A DNA stretch of 64,000 nucleotides from Candidatus Poribacteria bacterium (GTDB lineage Bacteria; Poribacteria; WGA-4E; UBA9662): assembly GCA_046582655.1 (NCBI GenBank), contig JAYGDX010000089.1:20129-84128 (forward strand). Reading direction: 5' to 3'. The translations under genes were made by a program, and so were the position numbers. The notes under the pieces were generated by a model. That model made no database searches. It had not been told where the DNA came from and worked only from the letters and a program-made list of their open reading frames with translations. Shown here one piece after another: positions 20,365 to 29,644 of the stretch (positions are counted from its first letter, which is position 1; every line of letters begins with the position of its first letter).

Positions 20365-22281
20365 ATGGTAATATCTCTTCGAAGATTCTTGCCATTAATG
20401 GCTACTGTTTTCTTGTCTGCTAATGTGTTAACCGTCTCTGCCAAAGAGGTGAAATTTGATTTTCAATTTGGAGGCAAAGGAAACAGTGAAGGTAAATTTT
20501 CGGACAAAACGCTGTTTAGCTTTGATCAAGAGGGAGCTATCTACATTGCAGATAACGGCAAGGGAATGAGAAAAATTCAGAAACTTATGCCAGACGGTAC
20601 CCTTGCGTTTACAATTAAGAGCGATCCAAAAAAATTTATCTTCGCAAATATCACCGATATGGCTATTGGTACTGATGGCAAAATCTACGTTTCAGACTGG
20701 AAAATTTCGCCGATTGAAGGTGCAGATGATCCCAAGCTCTTCACCTACGGAGCTTGCATTCACAAATTTAATGCCGAAGGTCAGTTCATCGAGACCTATT
20801 TCGTTCACCGCTTGACCCATTCAGGGATTAGATTTCTTCCGGATTCGCCATTAGGGGCGATTGTCAAGCGCAATTTGACTAATACGTCTCTCCCACTGAA
20901 CCACCAGTCACTTTCTCAGCATTCCCAGTTTTTTGAAACTGCGTTACCCGCTTTAGATCCTGATGGGCACTATGCACTTTTTCTGCCACAAGGAAATACC
21001 AAAAGAACCTTTTTTCTCTCAGTTGATGAACAAGAGAATATGTATGTTTTTGATGACGGCAAAATCCGAAAAATCTCTGCAGAGGGTTTTATACTGTCAA
21101 CATTTACGGTAGATCAACCTGGTGCCGGACAGGTCGCTGAAGCCGCTGACATGGCTATTGATCTGAAGGGACATATTTACATTGTCGATCAAAAATTGCA
21201 TCGCATCCTGAGATACAATGCCAATGGTGAATTCGTTTCGACTTTTGGAAAACAAGGTTACGATGATGGTGAATTGATATCCCCTTATCATCTGGTTGTG
21301 TTAGCGGATAATTCGGTTCTTGTTGCTGATAAATCTCGATACTGGAAACTATCCTCTTCCAAGTTACCAACTCGTATGAATGATCCACTAATGACTCCTA
21401 AGTTTCAGCAACTTGTTAGTGTTGGGCGTACTTTTCAGAGTCGTTTTTTGAGAGTTCAACGATTTAGCTCCGACGGGAATTTTCTCGAAAAGACTCTGGT
21501 TCGTTTTCAACGAGAAGACAAGAGTTTTGCCAATTTAGAATTGAAAGCAATTGATTTAACCGGTAGCCTCTACTTTATCAACACCCAATCGTTGCGAGTA
21601 AGCAAATTTTCACCAGCCTCACCGTTTGTTAGATCTGCATTGCAAACCGAAGTTCAACTCACATACCACCGGAACGATGAGGGAACCTGGATCGACAATG
21701 AAGATGATTTGGATGCTGACGTTCACCAAGGGGCCGATTATGAACAGGATCTGACCGACAACGGCATAGATGCCACTGCTATCTTTACATACGATTTTAA
21801 CGAAGATTTTCGGATTAAGCTAACTAACACTATCGGTTGGAGTGAAACAACCGATGATTTATACTATCGTACGCCTGCCTTCGAAGACTTTCGCGGGAGT
21901 TTCGTGGCTGACGGTCGAACAGTCAAAGATAGCTTGAGAAATAATATTGTGCTGGGCTTTGAACTCATCCGAGATCATAATCCCTATACCTATAGGGAAA
22001 TAGGAGGGGACGTCAACCTGTCAGTCACGAACATGGGGCAGATCAAGTATGCTTTTGACCCAAGTAACAAAAGTTACCTTGATTTCTCGGCTAGGACTGT
22101 TGGCTGGGGTGCCAATGTATACTACGATTTCGGGAGAACCTTTCGACTGAAATTTCAAATCAGAGGATCAAACGGTGGTGGAAGTTACACCTACAATGAT
22201 GAACTCGATATGCTTTACATGACTTTTGCTTCAAATGCTGGGTACACTCAAGTCAAAGTCATGATTGATGGAGTATTCTAA
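20365..22281 (+). CDS. Secreted NHL-repeat beta-propeller protein with a C-terminal beta-rich (possibly outer-membrane barrel-like) domain
   Basis: Signal peptide MVISLRRFLPLMATVFLSANVLTVSA. NHL-type repeats include GKIYVSDW and GHIYIVDQKLHRILRYNANGEFVSTFGKQG. The C-terminal region alternates hydrophobic residues and ends in ...VMIDGVF. Confidence 0.7.
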   Translation: MVISLRRFLPLMATVFLSANVLTVSAKEVKFDFQFGGKGNSEGKFSDKTLFSFDQEGAIYIADNGKGMRKIQKLMPDGTLAFTIKSDPKKFIFANITDMAIGTDGKIYVSDWKISPIEGADDPKLFTYGACIHKFNAEGQFIETYFVHRLTHSGIRFLPDSPLGAIVKRNLTNTSLPLNHQSLSQHSQFFETALPALDPDGHYALFLPQGNTKRTFFLSVDEQENMYVFDDGKIRKISAEGFILSTFTVDQPGAGQVAEAADMAIDLKGHIYIVDQKLHRILRYNANGEFVSTFGKQGYDDGELISPYHLVVLADNSVLVADKSRYWKLSSSKLPTRMNDPLMTPKFQQLVSVGRTFQSRFLRVQRFSSDGNFLEKTLVRFQREDKSFANLELKAIDLTGSLYFINTQSLRVSKFSPASPFVRSALQTEVQLTYHRNDEGTWIDNEDDLDADVHQGADYEQDLTDNGIDATAIFTYDFNEDFRIKLTNTIGWSETTDDLYYRTPAFEDFRGSFVADGRTVKDSLRNNIVLGFELIRDHNPYTYREIGGDVNLSVTNMGQIKYAFDPSNKSYLDFSARTVGWGANVYYDFGRTFRLKFQIRGSNGGGSYTYNDELDMLYMTFASNAGYTQVKVMIDGVF

Positions 22282-22428
22282 GGCTTACAGCACAAGCATA
22301 ATCTCTTTCGCTCGATCTATTGAGTGTCATTTTCGTTTCGGTTTCTGCCTTAGGTCATGGTTAAAAGAGGTCGTGATGTCCGAGAAAACACTTGAAGGCA
22401 GTATACATGTTCCTGATTTCCCCAAGAC

Positions 22429-23010
22429 ATGGAGTGGTTCAATACCGATACTCCAATTTCTCTTCTGAATTTACGGGGTAAAATTGTTTCACTTGATTTC
22501 TGGACTCTCTGTTGTATTAACTGCCTACACACCACCCCTGATCTCAAAAAATTAAAGGAGAAGTTTTCTGATCTTGAAACACTCGAAGCCAAACCTCATG
22601 CAGGAACTGGTCGCGAAGCACGGGTAGACGGCAAGTTACTCAAATCCGCGCTTACACAACCAAGCAGTATTAATAAATGGCGAGAAACTTTATTTCGCTG
22701 ATAGCGAGATTAGTTCAATACGTTCTGCCAATATTAACTCAAATGGTGTCGCAAAAACTATTATCGGAAAGGCCTGTTTGAATTCGATGATGCTGATGGA
22801 TACTTCTCATCTACCCAATTGCCGCATCCGGTTGATGTCGTTTTTAAAGATGGCGCACTTTACATAGCGGATACATACAATTCGAAAATCAAAACGATTG
22901 ATCCAACCAAACGAGTCGGTAATTCATTTGCGGGGACAGGTCTACACGGTTATGCTGATGGGGTCAGATTCGAAAAATTGACCTTGAAACCAACCAAGTT
23001 GAAATCATGA
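22429..23010 (+). pseudogene. NHLRC2-like (thioredoxin-like domain plus NHL repeats) gene remnant
   Basis: A Trx-like fragment ([26 protein letters not shown]) is followed, in two other frames, by NHL-repeat fragments ([23 protein letters not shown]...; PHPVDVVFKDGALYIADTYNSKIKTIDP). Intact homologues are about 700 aa. Only about 190 codons remain here, with frameshifts. Confidence 0.5.
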
Positions 23011-23041
23011 AATTCTTCAATTAATTTGGAATTCAAGAAAA

Positions 23042-23827
23042 ATGGCTCTAAAAGGTAAAAACATCGTTATTGTCGGTGGAACGTCCGGTATGGGGTTGTC
23101 AGCGTGTCAGGCATGTATTCAGGCAGGAGCGAAGGTTTCTACCTTTGGTCGCAATGCCGAGAAAGTTGAGCGATCCAAAAAAATATTAGGCAATCAAGCA
23201 ACTATTGCCGTTGGTAACGCCACAGATCCAAATATGGTTTCGTCTGTGATTGATCGGTTCGTGGCCAAGCAGGGAATAATCCATGGTCTTTATCATGTGG
23301 CAGGCGGTAGCGGCCGCAGTATGGGAGATGCGCCACTGCATGAGGTCACAGACAAAGGGTGGTATAAAACTATAGAACTCAACCTAACTTCCATGTTTTA
23401 CTCAAACCGTGCGGCAGTCCGGCAGTTCCTAAGACAGAAAACCCGCGGCTCGATTTTAAACATGGGATCCGTCCTGGGATTTTCTCCATCCTCTCGTTAT
23501 TTCGGCATGCTTACCTATGCTACTGCCAAATCAGCTATCATCGGGATGACCAAATCCTCTGCCTCCTTTTACGCAGATCAAGGTATTCGGTTCAATGTCA
23601 TTGCGCCTGCTCTCGTTGATACACCAATGGCAGAACGAGCCTCGACCGACCAAAAAATTATGCAGTACATTCAAACCAAGCAACCGTTGGATGGTGGGAG
23701 GATTGGCTTGCCCTCCGATCTAAATCAGGCGGTGGTATTTTTTTTGTCAGATGCTTCAAAATTCGTAACCGGTCAAGTTCTAGCCATTGACGGTGGCTGG
23801 TCGATCTCGGAAGGACAATATCTATGA
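23042..23827 (+). CDS. Short-chain dehydrogenase/reductase (SDR) family oxidoreductase
   Basis: Nucleotide-binding motif IVIVGGTSGMGLS. It has the SDR catalytic region (SxnY...K: MLTYATAKSAIIGMTK) and the PALVDTPM motif. Its stop overlaps the next start (ATGA). Confidence 0.85.
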   Translation: MALKGKNIVIVGGTSGMGLSACQACIQAGAKVSTFGRNAEKVERSKKILGNQATIAVGNATDPNMVSSVIDRFVAKQGIIHGLYHVAGGSGRSMGDAPLHEVTDKGWYKTIELNLTSMFYSNRAAVRQFLRQKTRGSILNMGSVLGFSPSSRYFGMLTYATAKSAIIGMTKSSASFYADQGIRFNVIAPALVDTPMAERASTDQKIMQYIQTKQPLDGGRIGLPSDLNQAVVFFLSDASKFVTGQVLAIDGGWSISEGQYL

Positions 23828-24612
23828 AGCCAAGTCAACAATATATATCTAAGTGCCGCGAAATCATTGATCTCATTGAGCAACAGTATGACCAAATCAA
23901 TCAAGTTGCAGACTGGTTTAGTGAAACAATTTTAGCAGGACGCATGGTTCATCTCTTTGGATCAGGACATAGTCGAATCATGGTGGAAGAGATGTGGCCA
24001 CGTTATGGATCCTTTCCCGGCTTTAACCCCATCGTTGAGTTGTCGCTGACATTCCATAACAATGTTGCCGGCACAAATGGGCAGCGTCAGGCGATGTACC
24101 TCGAAAATGTTAGCGGATTCGCTCAACATATTTTGCGTAATTTTGATTTGTCCGAGATTGACTCCGCCTTAGTTATTTCATCTGGCGGTACAAATATTGT
24201 CCCCATCGAAATAGCACAGGGGTTCAAGGGGGCTGGAATGAAAGTCGTAGGGATGGTAGGTGTGCGACATTCGGAAGCAAGCGAATCTAAACATCCTGAA
24301 AACCTCAAGCTCACAGACACAGTCGATTTGATTCTTGATAATGGTGTTCCTCCGGGGGATTCGATGGTACAAGTTGATGGACTTGACACTCCAGTTTCAC
24401 CCGGATCAACCGTTGGAGGCGTAGCCTTAATTAATGCCGTTAAGGCTGAAGTCGCTGATCGATTGACTAAGGCGGGTCATCCACCAATAGTATTGACAGC
24501 CTCCTGTCTGGTTGGAAGTGAGCGGGCATCACATCTGTTTGAATCAGCCTATGATGAACATGCGCATCGGATAAGTAAACTTTATCAAAAAATAGGAAAA
24601 CTTAAGGAATGA
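23824..24612 (+). CDS. SIS (sugar isomerase) domain protein, UPF0309-like
   Basis: The LFGSGHSRIMVEEMWPRYGSFPGF motif resembles the FGTGHSHMLAEE signature of UPF0309/SIS proteins. It overlaps its neighbours by 4 nt at both ends (ATGA). Confidence 0.55.
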   Translation: MKPSQQYISKCREIIDLIEQQYDQINQVADWFSETILAGRMVHLFGSGHSRIMVEEMWPRYGSFPGFNPIVELSLTFHNNVAGTNGQRQAMYLENVSGFAQHILRNFDLSEIDSALVISSGGTNIVPIEIAQGFKGAGMKVVGMVGVRHSEASESKHPENLKLTDTVDLILDNGVPPGDSMVQVDGLDTPVSPGSTVGGVALINAVKAEVADRLTKAGHPPIVLTASCLVGSERASHLFESAYDEHAHRISKLYQKIGKLKE

Positions 24613-25652
24613 AGGATTTTCCGCTCCGAACTACGGTTATAGGAAGTTATCCATTTCCAGGTTGGCTTGAATTTGCCTCTCAGAACTTAGATCAATTCGG
24701 CTTCAGCGATATAGAAGAAATTCAGGAAGACGCGGTAACTGTTGCTATAGGTGACCAACTTGGTGCTGGTTTAGATGTCATTACTGATGGGGAACAGACA
24801 CGCTTCGACTTTAATTTGTCCTTCTATGGCTACCTGAAAGGGATTGAGACTGAGGCCGAAATTTCTCGACAATTTGGTCCACCAGCACATGATCAGCGAG
24901 GGAAACACAAGATTATTGACCAAATTACTGCTCCAGATGGGCTTGGCGCGGTTGAGGAGTTTGGCCGGCTTCAACGACTGACATCTTACTTAGATCCACG
25001 CCCGGTTTTGAAGTCATCTGTACCTGGACCATACACTATGAGCGGTCGGTTGATTCCGAATGATCAGTACCCCGACCGTTACGCAGTTACAGAAGCATTA
25101 TTGCCGATTGTACAGAATGAATTGATTCTTTTGGTGGAAGCTGGTTGCCAAGAATTAACAGTTGATGAACCTTCAATGAGTTGCTACGCTTACCACGAAA
25201 ATCCAGCCTGGTTTGTCGACATTTTTAATCGTACAATTGAACCCATTCGCGGTAAAGTTCGACTCTCGACGCATTTATGTTTCGGCAATTTCAAGGCACG
25301 TGCAGTTGGGTTGAGGAAATACGCACCAATGTTTCCAGCGTTTCTTGAGATGAACGTTGACGAGATCCATGTCGAAATGGCAAGTCGCCGGTTTTCCGAA
25401 ATTGAGATCGTCGAATTGATTTCCCGAAAAATGGATGTGGCAGTTGGAATAGTTGATGTAAAAAGCTATTATATCGAATCTCCCGAGGATATAGCAGACA
25501 GTGTTCGGCTCTGCTTAAAGCACGCTTCGCCAGAGCGTTTATCATTTTCCCCAGACTGTGGTCTGAGTCAAACTGCACGTTGGGCAGCACGCCAAAAATT
25601 AATAAATATGGTCAAGGGTGTCAAAATTGTTCGCCATGAACTTGGGCTTTAA
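24609..25652 (+). CDS. Cobalamin-independent methionine synthase (MetE) catalytic-domain-like protein
   Basis: N-terminus TTVIGSYPFPGWLEF. Candidate zinc ligands in MetE-like spacing: HLCFGN (His-x-Cys), E at EIHVEMASR, and SPDCGL (Cys). Confidence 0.6.
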   Translation: MKDFPLRTTVIGSYPFPGWLEFASQNLDQFGFSDIEEIQEDAVTVAIGDQLGAGLDVITDGEQTRFDFNLSFYGYLKGIETEAEISRQFGPPAHDQRGKHKIIDQITAPDGLGAVEEFGRLQRLTSYLDPRPVLKSSVPGPYTMSGRLIPNDQYPDRYAVTEALLPIVQNELILLVEAGCQELTVDEPSMSCYAYHENPAWFVDIFNRTIEPIRGKVRLSTHLCFGNFKARAVGLRKYAPMFPAFLEMNVDEIHVEMASRRFSEIEIVELISRKMDVAVGIVDVKSYYIESPEDIADSVRLCLKHASPERLSFSPDCGLSQTARWAARQKLINMVKGVKIVRHELGL

Positions 25653-25746
25653 TCCCCATATTTGTTGAACTTAAGTCAACAACCTTGACTTCACGCAAGA
25701 CATAATGTTAAAGTGAGGTTACAATCTTATCAAGTGAGTAAGTATA

Positions 25747-26835
25747 TTGGGAAATAAAGCGTCTTTTATTCAAAATCTAATTTTCTTTATAGTAGTTTTT
25801 CTCATTATCACCGTCAGTGGTTGTGAAGACGATGCGATAAACGAGGCCAAGCCCAAACTCGGCCAAATTGAAGGTTTGCTAAAACCAGCTGATGCTGCTA
25901 CTGAAATTCAACTGGTACAGGCAGGAAATATTGTGGCAACCACCTATCCGGACGAGAATGGAAAATACATTTTTTCTAATCTGGAATTTGGGGGCTATGA
26001 CATCATTGTTATTGCAGAAGGATACCATGTCGCATCTGAAGTCAACACCATCACACTTGATAAAGAAGTCGCTATCAAGAATTTCCAGCTTGTTCCACTG
26101 ATGGCTTCAATACGGGGAATCGTCATAGATTCTGAAGGTGCTTTTATAGAAAATGCATCAATTACGGTCTCTGCACTTGGTGATGAATTTACAACTCAAA
26201 CAGATCAATTTGGGGTTTTTTCTTTTAATCAATTACCATCAGAAGTTGGGTTGGTATTGGGAATCTTTGCAGATGGAAAGGTTGAACTTCAGGTTACAGT
26301 TGAGCCAATTGAAAAGGGAGGAACAAAAGATCTACAAATCAGTCTCAAAGAAATAGAACAGAAAATTGGTGTCGGTTCACAAGTAGGTGACTTGGCTCCC
26401 AATTTCTCATTATCTGATGTGGATGGTAAAATTGTTTCTTTGAAAGATTTCGCTAGCAAACAAACTGTTCTTCTTACCTTTCACCGTGGCAAGTTGTGAC
26501 CTGTATGCTTACCGCAGTTGGTACAACTGCTACAAAAAAATTATAATAAAATTTTAGATCTCAAAGCTGAAGTCATTGCTATTAGTCATGAATCTGTGGT
26601 CGAAAACAAGAAGATTCATCAGCAACATAAACTGAAATATCTTTCTCTATCGGATCCAACAGCAAAGACAATTCGGGACTACAAGGTGTTAGACTTTGGC
26701 AGATTTCCCAAGGTATCCTTTTTCATTGTTGATAAGCAGGGCATTATTCGTTGGCGTTCCACGCACAGTGGTGCCAATCCTGATGATTTGCCAAAGATTG
26801 ATGACTTGCTTAAGGCAATTCAGTTAGCCCAGTAA
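25747..26835 (+). CDS. Candidate selenoprotein: a lipoprotein with CarboxypepD_reg-like Ig-fold domains fused to an AhpC/TSA-redoxin domain carrying a U-x-x-C motif (in-frame TGA at 26497..26499)
   Basis: TTG start. Lipoprotein signal ...FLIITVSGC. The track ORF ends ...VLLTFHRGKL at the TGA, and the next track ORF (26518..26835) is in the same frame. Reading through gives FHRGKL-U-PVCLPQL, aligned to the FYRGxW-C-PxC redoxin motif with the TGA at the first Cys. A perfect 7-bp hairpin begins 14 nt after the TGA. Confidence 0.6.
26514..26530 (+). promoter_or_regulatory. Candidate bacterial SECIS-like hairpin (gcaguug-gua-caacugc) 14 nt downstream of the in-frame UGA
   Basis: Perfect 7-bp stem with a 3-nt loop, read directly from the sequence. 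Its position and size fit bacterial Sec-insertion elements. It has not been confirmed with a covariance model. Confidence 0.35.
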
Positions 26836-26867
26836 TTCAATTAGCGCTGTAGAGAGGATTTTTCACT

Positions 26868-27378
26868 GAGAGCGTTCATTCTTATCGCTTTATTTTGTTG
26901 CTCTTTCGGTTGTTCAAACGAGACTGACAACGCTGATAATCCCAGTAATCCGGCCCAAGACTCGAATTCTCCCCTGGCGCCGGATTTCACCTTGCTCAGC
27001 ACGGACTTTAAGCTGGTAAGTTTATCCGACTATCAGGGAAAAATCGTTCTTCTTGATTTTTGGGCTACATGGTGCAAATCATGTCAAGAAGAAATCCCAA
27101 TCTTTATTGACCTATATGACCAGTACCGCGATCAAGGATTTGAGATGGTTGGCATTTCGATTGATAGTGAACGTCTTAAGGTAGTCAATCCTTTTATTGA
27201 GAAACTAGGTGTAAACTATACAATTCTCCTGGGTGAACCAAATCTAATGGACAAATACAATATTATGGCGATTCCAACTGCAGTCCTGATCGACCAATCG
27301 GGTAATATCCGTAAAAGGTTTACTGGTGCGCAACTAGACAGACTTATTTACGAAAATGAATTAAAAAAACTGCTATGA
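26868..27378 (+). CDS. TlpA/ResA-like thiol:disulfide oxidoreductase lipoprotein (thioredoxin fold, WCxxC). Start codon uncertain.
   Basis: The track ORF 26992..27378 (TTG) contains VLLDFWATWCKSCQEEIP. The same frame is open upstream back to a TAG stop at 26854..26856, so the first sense codon is 26857. That upstream stretch encodes a lipoprotein signal (LRAFILIALFCCSFGCSNE) but no ATG, GTG or TTG. The only plausible initiator is CTG at about 26868. Confidence 0.65.
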
Positions 27379-27602
27379 AAAAATTGTCGTTGATTATCTT
27401 GGTGGGCGGAATTATCAGCATCGGAGGTTGTTCAACACACTTTACGCAAAACGAACAACTTCAACTTGACCTATCAGGTTCTGTAGCAGAAACACCAGCC
27501 ATTTTAGCCGAATTTGATTCTAGTGGAGGGGAGGAAAACTCTGGAGATATTACGAAGAAATCTGGCAGTAGTTGTGCCAACGGCGTTTGCACAATCTATT
27601 AA
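27375..27602 (+). CDS. Small predicted lipoprotein with a C-terminal CxxxxC pair
   Basis: MKKLSLIILVGGIISIGGCS (lipobox) ... SSCANGVCTIY. Its start overlaps the stop of the upstream gene by 4 nt. Confidence 0.4.
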   Translation: MKKLSLIILVGGIISIGGCSTHFTQNEQLQLDLSGSVAETPAILAEFDSSGGEENSGDITKKSGSSCANGVCTIY

Positions 27603-27615
27603 CAGATCTACAACC

Positions 27616-28746
27616 ATGTTTTCCTTCCTGTTTTTTTTCTTGCTTCTTTCCTTTCCATTTACTTCATTGGCACAATTGCCTTACTTTCAAACCTTCCAAC
27701 AGAATCTCAAAGTCAAATTCCAAACAGAAAGCACCTATGACAATCACATTGAATTGGGTTTGAGTATCGACCCATATACCAGCAACCTTTCGGGTCGTCG
27801 AAACCCACAAATACGAAGCCTTGTTAACCAAGCAAGAATACATCTGCAAGGCTCTTTTCCCGTCAGCCAATTCTTTGGTATAAAAACGCAGTTCAAAACA
27901 CAGTTGGAAGATTACATTGGAAGAGATGATAAACTTGATAATTTTAATGGTTTCAATAACATCTTCTCAACAGAATTTCTACTTCGATTAAGCAATCAGT
28001 TGCCGCATCTTCGTTTCCAGCACCAGATTCAGCGCCTTGACCGAGAAGATGACATTTACGATTACGTTGAAAACCAAATTGGTTTTCAGTTTGGTGAAGT
28101 GTTCAAATATCATCTTCGATTCAGGAACTTTGACGATAATCGAACTCGTCGAGAAGATTTTCTACTTGTAGGTTCTCGTTCACACTTGGGTATTGGGCGA
28201 TTACAATTTGGTATCCTGAAAAACATTTTAGGCCGGTTCGAATACCAAATTGAGCATCAACGTTATAAAAATAACTTGAACAACTTGGTGCTCGGAATTG
28301 CCAAAATCGATCCAGGAGATCTTCGTACCGATTGGAAACACCTTTTTACAACCCAACTAATACAGATTCCAACAAATCAAATCATCATTCAAGAAGATAT
28401 CAGCTTTTTTCAGAATAATTCCGATACATCATTTTACGATTTTGTAAGCCTTGAATTTGGAGGTACCGGTTTCCATCAAATGGCTGATAGACGTTGGATC
28501 AGACTGCGTTTGTTCGCACTCCAACTCAATTTTAAAGATCGAAAACTTATTTTTCAAAATCAATCGCAAAATAGAATAAATCAGCAAATTGGAATTGACT
28601 TCCTAATGCATTGGAAGCTGACTAATAAATTTTCTTTGCTTTTCGGATATCAACTGGTGAAAAATCGTATCAACGAGAAATCCGAAATTCTTGATTTTTT
28701 GAACTATCATCACAACATTATTTCAATCAAGTTGACCTATGACTAA
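27616..28746 (+). CDS. Hypothetical secreted, beta-rich protein, possibly an outer-membrane protein
   Basis: I chose the internal ATG at 27616, which gives the signal peptide MFSFLFFFLLLSFPFTSLAQ. The rest alternates hydrophobic and polar residues, rich in Y, F, Q, N and R. No family was recognised. Confidence 0.55.
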   Translation: MFSFLFFFLLLSFPFTSLAQLPYFQTFQQNLKVKFQTESTYDNHIELGLSIDPYTSNLSGRRNPQIRSLVNQARIHLQGSFPVSQFFGIKTQFKTQLEDYIGRDDKLDNFNGFNNIFSTEFLLRLSNQLPHLRFQHQIQRLDREDDIYDYVENQIGFQFGEVFKYHLRFRNFDDNRTRREDFLLVGSRSHLGIGRLQFGILKNILGRFEYQIEHQRYKNNLNNLVLGIAKIDPGDLRTDWKHLFTTQLIQIPTNQIIIQEDISFFQNNSDTSFYDFVSLEFGGTGFHQMADRRWIRLRLFALQLNFKDRKLIFQNQSQNRINQQIGIDFLMHWKLTNKFSLLFGYQLVKNRINEKSEILDFLNYHHNIISIKLTYD

Positions 28747-29644
28747 ACCAATCTTGCAAGGCAATCAATTTCTGGCCAATGTCAAAGAATATCCCAAAGA
28801 AAATGGACATTTTAACCTATGGTGGCTTGGTCAAAGCGGCTATTTGATTCAGTGGAATCGAGCAAATGGAAATTCAATTATCTCACGGCACTTGCTGATA
28901 GACCCCTATTTATCCAACTCGTTGACAAAAAAATACGCCGATACTGACAAGCCTCATATCCGGATGACAGAGATGGTAATTAACCCTAATCAACTCGATT
29001 TTATTGATGTAGCAACCTCCAGTCATAATCACACGGATCACCTAGACGCAGAAACCCTGATCCCATTGATGAGTGTGAATCCAAAACTAAAAATTGTTGT
29101 ACCTGAGGCAAACCGTGACTTTGCTGCGGATCGATTACAGATTGATGCCGAATCACTAATTGGATCTGATGCAGGAAAGAGCGTGACAATCGCTGATATT
29201 GAAATCAACGGAGTACCCGCAGCACACGAAACGCTGGAGATTAATGCAGACGGACAGCATAAATTTCTCGGCTACGTGTTTCAGTTTGGAGAATGGACAA
29301 TTTATCATAGCGGTGATACAATGCTGTATGGTGGAATGGTTATCCAATTCAAGAGATGGGAGATAGATTTGGCGATCCTGCCGATTAACGGTTCTGATCC
29401 TTCCCGCCGAGTGTCCGGTAACCTGAGCGGTTCCCAAGCAGTCTGGTTAGCTCAACAAATCGGCGCTAAGTTGGTCATTCCATGCCACTATGAGATGTTT
29501 GAATTCAATACGGTTTCACCAGATCAGTTTGTGGCTGAAGCAAAGAAGCAAGGACAAAATTATTGTTTGCTAAAATGCGGCGAAAGATTTAGCAGCAAAG
29601 GGAACGAATTTAGCAATTCCCGAAACGATGGAGGAGAAAATTGA
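28739..29644 (+). CDS. MBL-fold metallo-hydrolase
   Basis: HxHxDH motif ([12 protein letters not shown]) and downstream His/Asp ligands ([14 protein letters not shown]). Confidence 0.75.
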   Translation: MTKPILQGNQFLANVKEYPKENGHFNLWWLGQSGYLIQWNRANGNSIISRHLLIDPYLSNSLTKKYADTDKPHIRMTEMVINPNQLDFIDVATSSHNHTDHLDAETLIPLMSVNPKLKIVVPEANRDFAADRLQIDAESLIGSDAGKSVTIADIEINGVPAAHETLEINADGQHKFLGYVFQFGEWTIYHSGDTMLYGGMVIQFKRWEIDLAILPINGSDPSRRVSGNLSGSQAVWLAQQIGAKLVIPCHYEMFEFNTVSPDQFVAEAKKQGQNYCLLKCGERFSSKGNEFSNSRNDGGEN

